The notes under the pieces were generated by a model that saw only the letters and a list, made by a program, of their open reading frames with translations, did no database searches and had not been told where the DNA came from. A DNA stretch of 63,993 nucleotides, the filler included, from Sanchytrium tribonematis (Eukaryota), in assembly GCA_018985235.1 (NCBI GenBank). It is 9 parts of 9 records of this genome, joined end to end, with 100 filler letters (N's around TTAATTAATTAA, not from the genome) between each part and the next. Parts side by side here need not be neighbours in the genome. Positions count along the whole stretch, not along the records: positions 9,871 to 14,700 come from JADGIG010000674.1; positions 14,801 to 19,624 come from JADGIG010000675.1; positions 19,725 to 24,535 come from JADGIG010000676.1; 6 more parts are not named here. One strand, written 5' to 3'. Positions within the stretch are counted from its first letter, which is position 1. Every line of letters begins with the position of its first letter. Both the position numbers and the translations under genes were made by a program. Shown piece by piece: positions 9,871 to 21,153 of this stretch.

Positions 9871-12800
9871 GTCGTTTTGATTATATCTGTTTTTTACTTT
9901 TCAACAGGTAGTGATTCAAGTGAGAAACAAACTCGTGCCCCTTTGCAGTCCACCCTAGTCTGCAAAACAGTGCCAGTATTGGAGCATTCCGTAGCTGGAT
10001 TGCAGGATACGTTCGTCTTTGACAATGGAACCCATCGCGTTTCTGCTACAAAACCACCATTCTATATTGAAGATGTCCCAGTGACGGATAACACGCGAAT
10101 TAAAGTCAAATTTCCAGTTACCATTTATTCAGATGTTGCACCACTTGCTCAATTGAGAGCATCACCAGACTCTGCCAATATCAAATCCATTTACTCGTAT
10201 TGCACATCTGATTTGGAAGATTTTGGATTTTCAGCTAATCCAGGAACTGTAGAAATCTGTGACACAGCAGAGGTAATGAACCAGTATAAACCAGTAGATA
10301 AGAACATTTTAGTCGGCTCAAGCACCTGCTCTGCTCAGTATCAAGTTGATTTTGAAACAGCCAAATATGGAAGTGTTTACCAATTCAAATACACAGACTT
10401 GAATAAGCCGGTTATTTTGGATATGGCCTTTAATACCAATGCATATACGACTATTATGGTCTATTTTGGCAGCCAGGTGTGGGTTATTAATCCTCACAAT
10501 AAGGAATCTTTAAAATCAATCACATTTCAAGGACCTGGCACTTTGGAAGTAGTAGTGTCTTCTGACCTTGGCAAAGGACATTTTAAGTTGTGGAAAGCAC
10601 ATATCTGTCCAGTAGCACAGATTAAACCCAGAACAGACAAGTTTAAAGATCATACTTGTGCAAAATTGTCAACCACTCAATTTGTCTATAAACCAATGGG
10701 AAAATCAGGCAAGGCATCAATCACAAGAAGCCGATATCAATTTCCTCTTGCTGGTCAGATCCAATTCCCTGAAAACACCATTCTTCGATCTGATGAATTC
10801 AATACTCAAACATCGTTTCATGCATATTCCAATGGTGATTTATTTCAAATTGGACACAGACAGGTCTCTATTGTAGACAAGGCATTCAAATCATCATTTT
10901 TCCAAATGAATGTATTCGCTAGACAGACTAAATGGTTCACAATTTGCTCAGATTTGACCACGATTAAGCAAGTTTATAATTTGATTGATTTCAAGACCAC
11001 CAAACCAACCCATTGCAAATCCATCTCTGCGACATTGGTAAATGTGCCTAATCTATCCAATTCCCTTGCTGCCTATCCATTTCCAACTCAAAAATATAGT
11101 TTGAATGAATTGATTGATGTTTCTAGCACATTTTCCATCATGGCCAAGTCTGGATCACCAGATCATCGTAACACATACTATTTTGGAGATGCTTATGCAG
11201 ATTACTTGCATATTGGAGGTGATAGACCACCTGTGCTCGCATTTAACAGTTTTCAACAAATTTATGATTTAAATCATATTTTATCAAACTCAAAAGTAAC
11301 TGAGTTGAAAAAAGTACAAGTCTATTTTGATAATGACCCTGGCGTGGTAGAATATTGCAGTACAAATGACTACAAATTCTCATTTAAGAAAGATCCGATT
11401 GATGCCCCTAAATTGGTTTGTAAAACAGTCCCAGTATTGGAGCATTCCCTAGCTGGATTACAGGATACATTTGTATTTAATAATGGAACTCATCGCGTCT
11501 CTGCTACAAAACCACCTTTTTTCATTGAAGATATTCCAATGACGGATAACACGCGTATTAAAGTACAGAATCCCGTCAAAATTTATTCAAATGATTCACC
11601 GCTTGCTTCATTGACTGCATCACCAAATTCAATTAATTTGAAATCCATTTTTCCATTCGGCTCTGGTTCAGAACATTTTGGATTCTCAGATAATCCTGGA
11701 ACTGTGGAGATTTGTGATACGCCTGATGTCATGAGCCAATACAAGCCAGTAGACAAGAACATTTTTGTTGGATCAAGTTACTGCTCTGCGCAATACCAGG
11801 TAGATTTTGAAACCACATTTGGAAGTGTTTATTTATTCAAGTACATACACCCGGATACGCCAGTTATTTTGGATATGGCCTTTAATACCAATGCATACAC
11901 GACAATTTTGGTATATTTTGGCAGCCAGGTGTGGGTAATTGACTCTAAAAACTTGGATATTTTAAAAACCATCACATTTAAAGGGCTTGTTACTTTGGAA
12001 GTTGTGGTCTCTTCTGAACTTGGTAAAGGACATTTTAAGTTGTGGAAAGCACATATTTGTCCAGTCCCAGAGATAAAACCCAGAACAGACGCATTTAAAG
12101 ATCATACGTGTTTCAGAGATTATACTAATCAATTTATCCACAAACCAATGGGTAAATCAGGTAAAGCATCTATTACAAATAGTCTTTATCAATTACCATT
12201 GGCTAGTGAGATTCTATTCCCTGTAAATACCATTCTTCGATCTGACGAGTTCAATACTCAAACATCGTTTCATGCGTATTCAAATGGCGATCTTTACCAA
12301 ATTGGACACAGACAGGTCTCTATTGTAGACAAGGCATTCAAATCATCATTATTCCAAATGAATGTATTTGCTAGACAGACTAAATGGATCACAATTTGCT
12401 CAGATCCGGCCACAATCAAACAAATGCTTGATTTGACACATTGGAAGACTGCTGAGCCAACCAACTGCAAATCTATTAATGCCACGCTTGTAGATGTCCC
12501 TAATCTAGCCAATTCCATTGCTGCATATCCATATCCAACTCAAAAATACAAATTAAATGAGTTGATTGATGTTTCAAGCACATTTTACATTTATGCTAAA
12601 ACTTACAGACCTTCTCATCGCAATACGTACTATTTTGGAGATGCATATTCAGATTATTTGCAAACTGGTGTAGATAGACCACCCGTAATTGGATTTGATG
12701 CCTATATTCAAATTTATAATTTGAATTATGTTTTTGCAAACACCAAAGTGACTGAGTTGAAGAAAGTACAAGTTTATTTTGATAAAGACCCTGGCGTAGT

Positions 12801-12877
12801 AAAATATTGCAGCTCAAATGACTACAAAATCACATTTTTAAAGGTATTTGTTGTTAATTTAGGATAATACGCCGTAA
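9871..12877 (+). CDS. Uncharacterised, probably extracellular protein with two tandem ~486-aa repeats; 5' truncated; probable 19-nt terminal intron
   Basis: Repeats start LVCKTVPVLEHS at 9955 and 11413; hydrophobic segment at the contig edge; splicing 12844-12862 gives ...FLK-DNTP*. Confidence 0.7.
9955..12843 (+). repeat. Intragenic tandem duplication, unit 1458 bp
   Basis: Colinear near-identical blocks such as MAFNTNAYTT, GKGHFKLWKAHICPV and ILRSDEFNTQTSFHAYSNGD occur in both units. Confidence 0.95.
12844..12862 (+). other. Putative 19-nt spliceosomal intron
   Basis: GTATTTGTTGTTAATTTAG matches the length and consensus of the other introns, but there is no strong homology constraint. Confidence 0.55.
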
Positions 12878-13030
12878 ATGACGGGAATGGAGTTAATAAA
12901 TGATTTAATGTCAAGTATTGAGTGATCTTTTAATGTCGTTTTGGGGTCCCGTTTTATCTAAAAATGATAGGGGAACTCCTTCCTTTAGAGAGCCAATAAA
13001 AGACAGAAAGGGGGATAATTCTTTGACATC

Positions 13031-14539
13031 ATGTTGATCGCTTCCATTCTACATGCGTATGAAGGAATAAGAACCACGTATAGCCCTGATAATATGGCTC
13101 TCTACGATAATCCTGATAATATTGCAGATGTAATGAGCAAAACCGCAACGAAATCGAGACCTAACTGCATTGGTAGAACTTCTAAAAAATGCCATATGGG
13201 AAAATTTGAGAGCCATGAGTCCTATTTTGATTCTAACAACAAGGTATTTCGCTATGATCCCGATAAAAAGCAAATTTGGAAACTATTGGCAAATGAATTG
13301 CGACATTGTATTCTAAGCAATGGTCTTCAATATTCTTTCTATCCTAGTGCTAGAGCAGTGGATCAATTGGCATTTAGGATTAGTAAGGAAGTTGATTTTC
13401 GACAACTTGCTAAAGAATATGGAGTTAAATTTTCAGTTGCAATCAGCTTTGTGAGATTGGCCTTGTATGATGTTAAATTAATTGCAGATGATAGTGCAAG
13501 TATGGGCAAAGATCGAATTGCCGAATTGAAGGAACATGCTCGCAAGCTAATTACATTATCAGCTAGATTTGACACTGATGGAATGGATTTGATTATGATG
13601 AATTATTGTAGACCTGGAGAGAATAACGTGATTAATTTTAAAGGACAGGATGCAGGTACACAGTTCGACGACTTTTGGAATCAATTTCCTCAGTGTCAAA
13701 CCAGACGCCACTATTATATTACGCCAACTGGTAAAATTCTTAATGACTACGTTATTAATCCGCTTTTTGATAACCCAAAAGCCGCTTTCAATAAGCCAGT
13801 TTTGGTATATATTCTAACAGATGGTTTACCGTATCATGGTTTTGGTGATTATTCAGGTGCCAGATTACTCGTTGAGAATGTATTGTTGAATGCGTATAAG
13901 CTTAAAGAGAAATATGATATGCCGCAAACAGCCATTGAATTTTCATTTGGTCAGATCGGCGATGACAAAGATGCAATTGATTGGTTGAATAATGTAGACG
14001 ACTATCCGTATAATGGTATGAATGTTGATGTGAATAGCAGATTCGAAAAAGAAAGTGATCAAATTTTAGAAAATTCAATAGCTCGAAATGAAGGAGAAGT
14101 GGTCATTGATCGAGGTCAATGGTTTGCGAAGTATATTTTGGGGGCCATTGTAGATGAACTTGATTTATTGGATGAAACAAAAACTAGAGAGCAGAAGGAA
14201 GTAAGAGATTCCAAGATCTTGCCAATATATTCAGAAGTGGCGATGAGTGACCCTAAAATGAAATTGAACCAGCAAAATGAACATCAAATTTCAAGAACAG
14301 AATCAGATCATACTTATCGTATTTTATATAAATATGCCACTGCTTATCTTGACAAATTAGATTCGTACGATATTAAGACTTATCGTACTTGGATTCCAAC
14401 AGACTTGCTTAATGCAATTGAAGAATACAGTCAGCAATTCAATGAGAGACAAAGATATATGGATGATGTAGAATTGAATGTTGAAAATTATCACCCATTT
14501 GGAATCACAATTGCTGAAGCATACGTGGTAAAGAAATAA
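13031..14539 (+). CDS. vWA-domain protein with short N-terminal signal-like peptide
   Basis: MIDAS-type LIADDSASM, TPTG, YILTDG and FGQIGDD; N-terminus MLIASILHA. Confidence 0.7.
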   Translation: MLIASILHAYEGIRTTYSPDNMALYDNPDNIADVMSKTATKSRPNCIGRTSKKCHMGKFESHESYFDSNNKVFRYDPDKKQIWKLLANELRHCILSNGLQYSFYPSARAVDQLAFRISKEVDFRQLAKEYGVKFSVAISFVRLALYDVKLIADDSASMGKDRIAELKEHARKLITLSARFDTDGMDLIMMNYCRPGENNVINFKGQDAGTQFDDFWNQFPQCQTRRHYYITPTGKILNDYVINPLFDNPKAAFNKPVLVYILTDGLPYHGFGDYSGARLLVENVLLNAYKLKEKYDMPQTAIEFSFGQIGDDKDAIDWLNNVDDYPYNGMNVDVNSRFEKESDQILENSIARNEGEVVIDRGQWFAKYILGAIVDELDLLDETKTREQKEVRDSKILPIYSEVAMSDPKMKLNQQNEHQISRTESDHTYRILYKYATAYLDKLDSYDIKTYRTWIPTDLLNAIEEYSQQFNERQRYMDDVELNVENYHPFGITIAEAYVVKK

Positions 14540-15093
14540 ATATATGAAGATTATACTTGTGACATGTCAGATCCCACTGATGACTCACAATTATGCAGTT
14601 TAACCCGATAATCTCGATAACAGACACATGCCATGCAACACGTGACAATGATTTTTGGAAGTCTTCCCCTCAAAATCATTCAAATGATCGTGTCATCTAA
14701 NNNNNNNNNNNNNNNNNNNNNNNNNNNNNNNNNNNNNNNNNNNNTTAATTAATTAANNNNNNNNNNNNNNNNNNNNNNNNNNNNNNNNNNNNNNNNNNNN
14801 CGATCATGGAAATCATTATTTATAGTGGGAATTGGCTCTATTTATGCTTATTTGGGGTAAATTTTGAAATGACACAGATATTTGTCATTAAATTACAGAT
14901 CCTGTGATTGACTACAAGAATCTTTATTAATTAAACAGACTTGCACATTAAATGACACAGGCTTTTCTGCAAAACAATGGATCAAGTCATTCGTCTCGAC
15001 TTGAAATCACATCAAATGACACCATAACACATCCAAATGACGTGAGAAATCACACCATATGGCAAATAAAATGCCATTCAACCCATCTATCCC

Positions 15094-16062
15094 ATGTTGA
15101 TTTCATTTGTATTTGCCAAATTCCAAATCCATTCTACCACAGATTTCCAAACATGTCAAATCAATCACAATCCCATTATCCGCACTATCCCAATTGATGT
15201 CACATCCGAATTCACTTTCAAAAAACCAGATATGCGCAAATTAAATCAGAATCCTGTTACACGCTACAAATTAAGAAATGATCCACAAGTCTCTCAACTT
15301 TGTGAAAAACCTGATTTTGTGAAATTGTATAATGACATGCCACACATTGAATTACTTCCAATGGAAAAGAAATTAACCATTACTATTGATTTAGATGAGA
15401 CCCTATTTAATCGACCAAAAGATGAAAGCACGGGAATAAAAACTGTGTTTTGGAATCCAATTTATGAATTAGAAACGCAATATACGAAATTGAGACCATT
15501 TGCACATGAGTTCTTGACGTATTTGAGTGAATATGCTGATTTATACGCATGGACCATGTCAACAAAGAGTCGTGCAAAGAAATTAATGGAAATTCATCAA
15601 ACTGGCAAATATTTTAAAAGTAAGTTGATTACGCGTGAAGATGTGACTGAATCTGCTAAATTACCAGATATTCATGTGAAATCACTTGATAAATTGTATG
15701 ATGCCGATAGAAATGAAAAGAATGTGCTGCATTTAGATGATCGATGCAGTCCATTTATTTTAAATCAATTAAATGGGTTGCGAATTGGAAGATATGGGAG
15801 TGATGACAATGATATTCAGTTAATAGGGTATATGGAAGTATTTCGTTGGATTTTTAAATGCTTTGAAAAGACCAACGATGTGCAGCCGTGTGTGGCATTA
15901 TTGAAAACAACCAATAAGGGATTATTCGATGGATTTCAAGCAGACGAGTACTCATTTGAACCAAAACAACATTTGAGTGGATATGAGAGATATACGGATG
16001 AAGCACGAGCAGCAAATCTTGCAAGATTAAGAGAGCAGGAGCAAGGACTGCAAGAAAAATAA
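15094..16062 (+). CDS. FCP1/SCP (NIF)-family HAD phosphatase with signal-like N-terminus
   Basis: IDLDETL catalytic motif, LRPFAHEFL, WTMS, KSL, LDD; N-terminus MLISFVFA. Confidence 0.8.
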   Translation: MLISFVFAKFQIHSTTDFQTCQINHNPIIRTIPIDVTSEFTFKKPDMRKLNQNPVTRYKLRNDPQVSQLCEKPDFVKLYNDMPHIELLPMEKKLTITIDLDETLFNRPKDESTGIKTVFWNPIYELETQYTKLRPFAHEFLTYLSEYADLYAWTMSTKSRAKKLMEIHQTGKYFKSKLITREDVTESAKLPDIHVKSLDKLYDADRNEKNVLHLDDRCSPFILNQLNGLRIGRYGSDDNDIQLIGYMEVFRWIFKCFEKTNDVQPCVALLKTTNKGLFDGFQADEYSFEPKQHLSGYERYTDEARAANLARLREQEQGLQEK

Positions 16063-16067
16063 ATCAC

Positions 16068-16280
16068 TCATTTATTGAATATTTTACATCTTTTCAAATG
16101 TGCTTGAATCGCATCTGGTCGGGATATGGCTTTGATGGGCTTATGGCAATATTGACAAGGTAATTTCAAACTTGAATGTACATTTCTTTTGTGTCTGACG
16201 AGAGATCCTTGAGTTTTGAAATATTTCATACATTTGGCGCAATGGAACGAATAATGGTGAATGAGTTGTTGGATATCCAT
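16068..16280 (-). CDS. Small C2H2 zinc-finger protein (70 aa)
   Basis: CAKC...L.RH...H and CQYC...H...C fingers; ATG at 16280. Confidence 0.65.
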   Translation of the reverse strand: MDIQQLIHHYSFHCAKCMKYFKTQGSLVRHKRNVHSSLKLPCQYCHKPIKAISRPDAIQAHLKRCKIFNK

Positions 16281-16515
16281 GATATTCAATGGAGATGGCA
16301 CTGCATAAATAGTGACGACATAGACTTGGGATTGAATTACACCAATCAAAGTATTGCAAAACGGCTTGAGATGGTAAATTCGACTTGGGATATCTTGGGA
16401 TTGAGACGGGATGCAATGCGATGTGTACTGAGCTTCATGGCAGTAAAACGGATCCATGGCACCTCGCGCCACATTACTTTGTGCTCAAAAAGGAGAAGTC
16501 CTTTTGGGATCAAAC

Positions 16516-17508
16516 ATGTTTGCATTTTTTCTTGCCATTTACGCATCTCTTTATCAATTCCAATTGGAAAGAACATTAGTTGAAACCCATCGCAATACAT
16601 TTATTGATTCTGGTACATGTTTTTACAAGAGTGAGATGTCTTTTCCATGTCATCGAAAATCTACACGATGGAGAGATCGGGGTAAAATTAAGCGGAAAGA
16701 CACAGACGAATGTATTGATAACGATAATTTATGCAGTCGGGGAGCTGGCATCCGAGAATATGACAATGTAAAGAAGCTGCTAGAATGGAAAATCGAAAAT
16801 ATTGTCAATTATTATCAAGTCGAATATATCCCAGCAAGTGGCAATCGAGAGTTAAAATTGTATACCGGTCGGGATTTCGCACTATTTAGTAACGTAGCTA
16901 GAGTAGAATTTCTAATGGAATCATGTGAGGGAGATATTTATAGTTTACATGTCAAAAAACAAATTAAAATGAGCTATGGTGATATCAACTTGATGTCGAG
17001 TGATATTTTGAATGCCATACACAGTTTGCATGCGCGAAAACATTATCATTTAGACATCAAACCACTCAATATTGTTAAATGTCTTTCTAATGGTGAAATT
17101 ATATACAAATTGATTGATTTTGAGTATATGACGGATAGAAATCAAGTAACATCAAGACGTGGGACAAAAGCATATGCACCCATGCAAGTGAATGAAGCTT
17201 TGGAAGAAGAATCAATTTCAAACAAAGTTTGGAAAACATTTGATGCAGATAAATGGGATATGATTTCATTTGGAAAAACTATTTACCATATGTTCTATAC
17301 TGGAGTATCGTTTAACGACCTAAAAATGATTTGTTTTGAATCTAATAGCATAAATTTTCCTAAAAAAATCCATGATCAAGATCTGTTTCCATCTGATGAG
17401 GCATACACTGGGTTTCTAAATCTAATGAGTGTAACAATGAACTGCAATTGGGAACTAATCATATCTGCTTCGGAATTGAGATCAAACGCTCATAAAAATA
17501 TGGCTTAA
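16516..17508 (+). CDS. Ser/Thr protein kinase-like protein with signal-like N-terminus
   Basis: HLDIKPLNIV, KLIDFE, GTKAYAP, DMISFG; likely start MFAFFLAIYA at 16516. Confidence 0.75.
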   Translation: MFAFFLAIYASLYQFQLERTLVETHRNTFIDSGTCFYKSEMSFPCHRKSTRWRDRGKIKRKDTDECIDNDNLCSRGAGIREYDNVKKLLEWKIENIVNYYQVEYIPASGNRELKLYTGRDFALFSNVARVEFLMESCEGDIYSLHVKKQIKMSYGDINLMSSDILNAIHSLHARKHYHLDIKPLNIVKCLSNGEIIYKLIDFEYMTDRNQVTSRRGTKAYAPMQVNEALEEESISNKVWKTFDADKWDMISFGKTIYHMFYTGVSFNDLKMICFESNSINFPKKIHDQDLFPSDEAYTGFLNLMSVTMNCNWELIISASELRSNAHKNMA

Positions 17509-17531
17509 ATTCTGTTTTTGTAAATTATTTT

Positions 17532-18212
17532 ATGAAACTCATTTTGCATCAATTTCAATCTCCATCGCACCGTCCATCTCTCTCTTTATTCTGCTTAAAA
17601 CTAGAAACATATTTAAGAGTCAATCAATTGAAATATTCTGTTCAATTCGCAATGCCTCATTCTATGCCACATTCCAAATTACCCTGTTTAGAAATCAATT
17701 CAAAATTAATCCCTGATTCGCATGAATGTATACGGCAATTAATCCATTTGAATCCACAGTGTGATTTAAATAAAGGTTTATCCAAATCACAACTATCTGA
17801 TTCATTCGCTTACTTGTCCATGATTGAAGATGGATTATATCCGTATGTTTTATGCGAAAGATGGCTAGATAATGATAAATTGAATAGACCAGAATTGCAA
17901 ATGATACGAAATAATAATAAATCAAATTTAGTAGCACAAGGAAGTGCGAGACACGATAAAGAAAAGAGGCAAGAGAGAATTAAAGATCATTTGCAATTTT
18001 TGGAAAATAGATTACAAAATGGATATTTTAATGGAGATGCACCTACTGAAGTAGATTGTAGTATATTTGGATTAATTGCGACTACAATTGATAATCAAAC
18101 AACGCCATTTACAAGATCTCTCTTATTGAGTCACAAATCTATTAAAAATCATTGTTTGAAAATGCTGGATTATTTCCCAGAATACACCAAATTGAAAGAA
18201 ATAGTAAAATAA
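17532..18212 (+). CDS. Metaxin/FAX-like GST-fold protein
   Basis: SLFCLKLETYLR, KLPCLE..IPDS, YFNGDAPTEVDCSIFG. Confidence 0.8.
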   Translation: MKLILHQFQSPSHRPSLSLFCLKLETYLRVNQLKYSVQFAMPHSMPHSKLPCLEINSKLIPDSHECIRQLIHLNPQCDLNKGLSKSQLSDSFAYLSMIEDGLYPYVLCERWLDNDKLNRPELQMIRNNNKSNLVAQGSARHDKEKRQERIKDHLQFLENRLQNGYFNGDAPTEVDCSIFGLIATTIDNQTTPFTRSLLLSHKSIKNHCLKMLDYFPEYTKLKEIVK

Positions 18213-18218
18213 ATAAAG

Positions 18219-18401
18219 CTATTTAATATTTAATAAGATTATGATTTCAGAAGTGGTGTATCCCAAGCATTCCAAAAAAGAAACTGGGAAATTGGAATAA
18301 AGAAATTGGACCGTATTTCTCAATAAAATGATGTGGCGAAGGTCCTTGGGTTTTTTTAACTTCGTCAAATGAACAATTCGTTGGATTGACAGGTATGGCA
18401 T
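18219..18401 (-). CDS. Small hypothetical protein (60 aa)
   Basis: ATG-initiated ORF filling the gap between genes; KL...DLRHIILLRN resembles a short fungal conserved motif. Confidence 0.4.
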   Translation of the reverse strand: MPYLSIQRIVHLTKLKKPKDLRHIILLRNTVQFLYSNFPVSFLECLGYTTSEIIILLNIK

Positions 18402-18468
18402 CCATTGAGGGCCGGTTAGAATTCAAATAGGAAGCTGATTGGTGCTCAAGACTTGTGAGAAAAACAAT

Positions 18469-19059
18469 TTACTTCCAATCAACAGTATTCATGACAATGA
18501 CTTTTAACCAGTTCTTGTAAACAACAGTTGCTTTATCTTTGAATAAGACGAGTTCATTTAATTGGGAAATAGGTTCATTGCAAATCTGTTTCATGTTGAT
18601 GGGATCTAAATCATTCATTTTCAATGCTGCTAATTCATGTAACCCCATTTTGTATAGGCAAATACATCTGTATTTTTGCACATCTTGTATTTTTAGCAGC
18701 AAATTCATGCCCAATTGATCATAATCAATAAAATCATGATTTCTAAAAGTGAAAATGCAGTCATCAAACAAAGCAATGGCATCCACATAGTCACCAAGAT
18801 GCATTTGTAATAGCCCATAATAGTAATATCCAACTGACAAATAGGGGTTCAAATGAATCGCAAATTTGAAATAATAAATAGATTTCTTATAATTTGCCAT
18901 TTTCAAGTAAAGCATAGCCAAATTAAAGCATGTTTTGTGATTCATTTGCATTTGTTCATGTACTAAAATGGCCAATTCATAATCTTGATCTCGAATATAT
19001 TGAAATGCTTTACAAGTAAAATAAATGTGATCCAAATCTGTTTGTTTTAATAGTTGCAT
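18469..19059 (-). CDS. NoxR/p67phox-like N-terminal TPR protein
   Basis: FNLAMLYL, AIHLNPYLSVGYY and FRNHDFIDYDQLG match the p67phox/NoxR TPR region. Confidence 0.7.
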   Translation of the reverse strand: MQLLKQTDLDHIYFTCKAFQYIRDQDYELAILVHEQMQMNHKTCFNLAMLYLKMANYKKSIYYFKFAIHLNPYLSVGYYYYGLLQMHLGDYVDAIALFDDCIFTFRNHDFIDYDQLGMNLLLKIQDVQKYRCICLYKMGLHELAALKMNDLDPINMKQICNEPISQLNELVLFKDKATVVYKNWLKVIVMNTVDWK

Positions 19060-19337
19060 TTCAAGATCAATTGAATGTCGAATATCCTTTTATATTATGC
19101 AAGAAATCAATGATTGGGTCTTTTGCCTGTGGGAAATCGGGGTCACAACATTTCCCATTTTTAAAAAATGATCAAAATGTTGAAATCAAGAATACTGGAT
19201 TTAAAACAGATTTGATAATTTTGAAATTCGGTGATTCAGAATATCACTATTTTATAGAATTGTGGTAATTATAAACCACCCAGCAACAGATTCAAATTTG
19301 CCAAAAAAGGACAATGAGTGATTTTTGATTGGTCAGA

Positions 19338-19624
19338 TTATAAATCTTTTATTGATGCTTCCAAATCAAAATATTGTTGAAATAATTCATATAAATCTGA
19401 TTCATTCTGCTTATGGTTCTTCAAATAGTACAAATGCTTATGATTTAAATCTACTTGTAAATGCTCTAAAATAAATGCAATAAATGGTAGTCTCAAATCT
19501 CCCTCAAAATCAGTCAGAATAGTTAATAATCCAGCATCTACCTGGCTAATCAAATCATTTTTCAAAATATAGTCTCTCAATTCCCCATATTCATTATTCA
19601 GTAAGAATTTGCAATTTATAGATT
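19338..19624 (-). CDS. Hypothetical protein, 3' fragment
   Basis: Open frame running from the contig edge to a stop at 19338. Confidence 0.4.
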
Positions 19625-20241
19625 NNNNNNNNNNNNNNNNNNNNNNNNNNNNNNNNNNNNNNNNNNNNTTAATTAATTAANNNNNNNNNNNNNNNNNNNN
19701 NNNNNNNNNNNNNNNNNNNNNNNNGATGATTCATAGGAATCTTCAATTTGCGTATATACGGTTTTCATCATTGAAACAGGGAAGAGTAATTGAGAAATAA
19801 TCATTTGAATTCGATAAGAAACTGATGGTGATGACCAGGACGTCACTTTAAAACACAAATGACTTGCAAACTGAAATTTTAAAGACAAAGTCTATTTATT
19901 ATCTAATCATTCCTCAATGCAACATTCGAGACATGCTCTGTTGTATTTTTGCCACTGCGGTGAAGGTTTATCTAATTTGCTTCTTCATATGTTCTTTTTA
20001 CAATTTCTTTCACATACATTTTCTCTTTTGTAGTACTTGTGTACTTCATTATTGAATATCAAATTGAAACAAATGAAGTCTTTAAACTATTTCCGAGTGT
20101 AACAATAGATCGATGCTGTAAAACAAATTGATTCCAATTTTTGTTAATCGTTTATTACAAGAAAGTGTTTATTAAATGGTTGCAAACTAAAATTTATATA
20201 ATGAATCAAATCTTTAAAAGTCTATTTATTTTCTATATTGT

Positions 20242-21153
20242 CTAATTCTTCAATGCCAAGTATGCTTCATAATCGTGGATACAAACCCCCGCAAATGATG
20301 AATAAGTTTGCAAAAGTTTTTCTATATTCGCAATATCACCAAGTACAGCAGTTCTTGTATTCTTGCCAGTATCTGCATAACTGACTTCAGCACTTCCTAC
20401 TGAGTTGAGTTCGATTCCAGCACAAGCTTTTACGGATCCAGAACTTAAAAAGCTCAATTCGTTATCAATTCTACTTTTTAAAGTCTCTGGGTTTGTGTTG
20501 TAGGCCATGATATGAATTTCACTAACGATCCCACTAAGATGTTTAAAAATGTCTTGTTTGGTGTCTTTATAGTTTGCACTAATTGGATCACCATTGTAAT
20601 CGTCCCACCAAGCAGGAATAGCTGCTCCCAAAGTGATATTCTTACCACTTAATTTGTCCTTGATCAAATCATGCGTGGTTAACAAATCAACAACCAAAGC
20701 TTCACGATCAGCAGCCTGGCTAGATTTCCAAACGCCTCCACCATTTTTGTCCAATTTTGAGTCACCAATATCATTATGAAAACTGGACTTGTATCCCGGA
20801 ATATCATTAATCTCCATATCAGTTTGAAATCCAATGAATTTTTCGTTATCTGCTACTTTCTCATTATATTTGATCAAATTATCAATTCCACGCAATAAAT
20901 TCACTGGGCCATCTGCATCAGAAAAGTCTTTTCTCATTCCGTCTAATGACCAGCTTTTAACATTAGCACGATTCAAATTCGAAATGAGCAATTTAAGCCC
21001 ATCTGCCATTGTGTCGTATCTATCAGGTGCCATGCGCAGAAACACATTGCCAACTCCAAGATCCTTACAATGCTGGACTAGTTCTTGAACTGCACTGGTT
21101 GTTTTAATTACATCTTCAGTATTCCATACCCACAAATACTTGGTAAATAACAT
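20242..21153 (-). CDS. Glycoside hydrolase-like TIM-barrel protein (GH18-like, uncharacterised)
   Basis: LWVWN, GFQTDMEIN, IHIMAY and GVCIHDY strand motifs; likely ATG at 21153. Confidence 0.5.
   Translation of the reverse strand: MLFTKYLWVWNTEDVIKTTSAVQELVQHCKDLGVGNVFLRMAPDRYDTMADGLKLLISNLNRANVKSWSLDGMRKDFSDADGPVNLLRGIDNLIKYNEKVADNEKFIGFQTDMEINDIPGYKSSFHNDIGDSKLDKNGGGVWKSSQAADREALVVDLLTTHDLIKDKLSGKNITLGAAIPAWWDDYNGDPISANYKDTKQDIFKHLSGIVSEIHIMAYNTNPETLKSRIDNELSFLSSGSVKACAGIELNSVGSAEVSYADTGKNTRTAVLGDIANIEKLLQTYSSFAGVCIHDYEAYLALKN

Noticed and set aside
16141..16600. Several overlapping 60-135-aa ORFs in multiple frames
   Set aside because: Explained as shadow ORFs around the zinc-finger gene and the kinase start. 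The other short antisense ORFs in the track were dismissed for the same reason.
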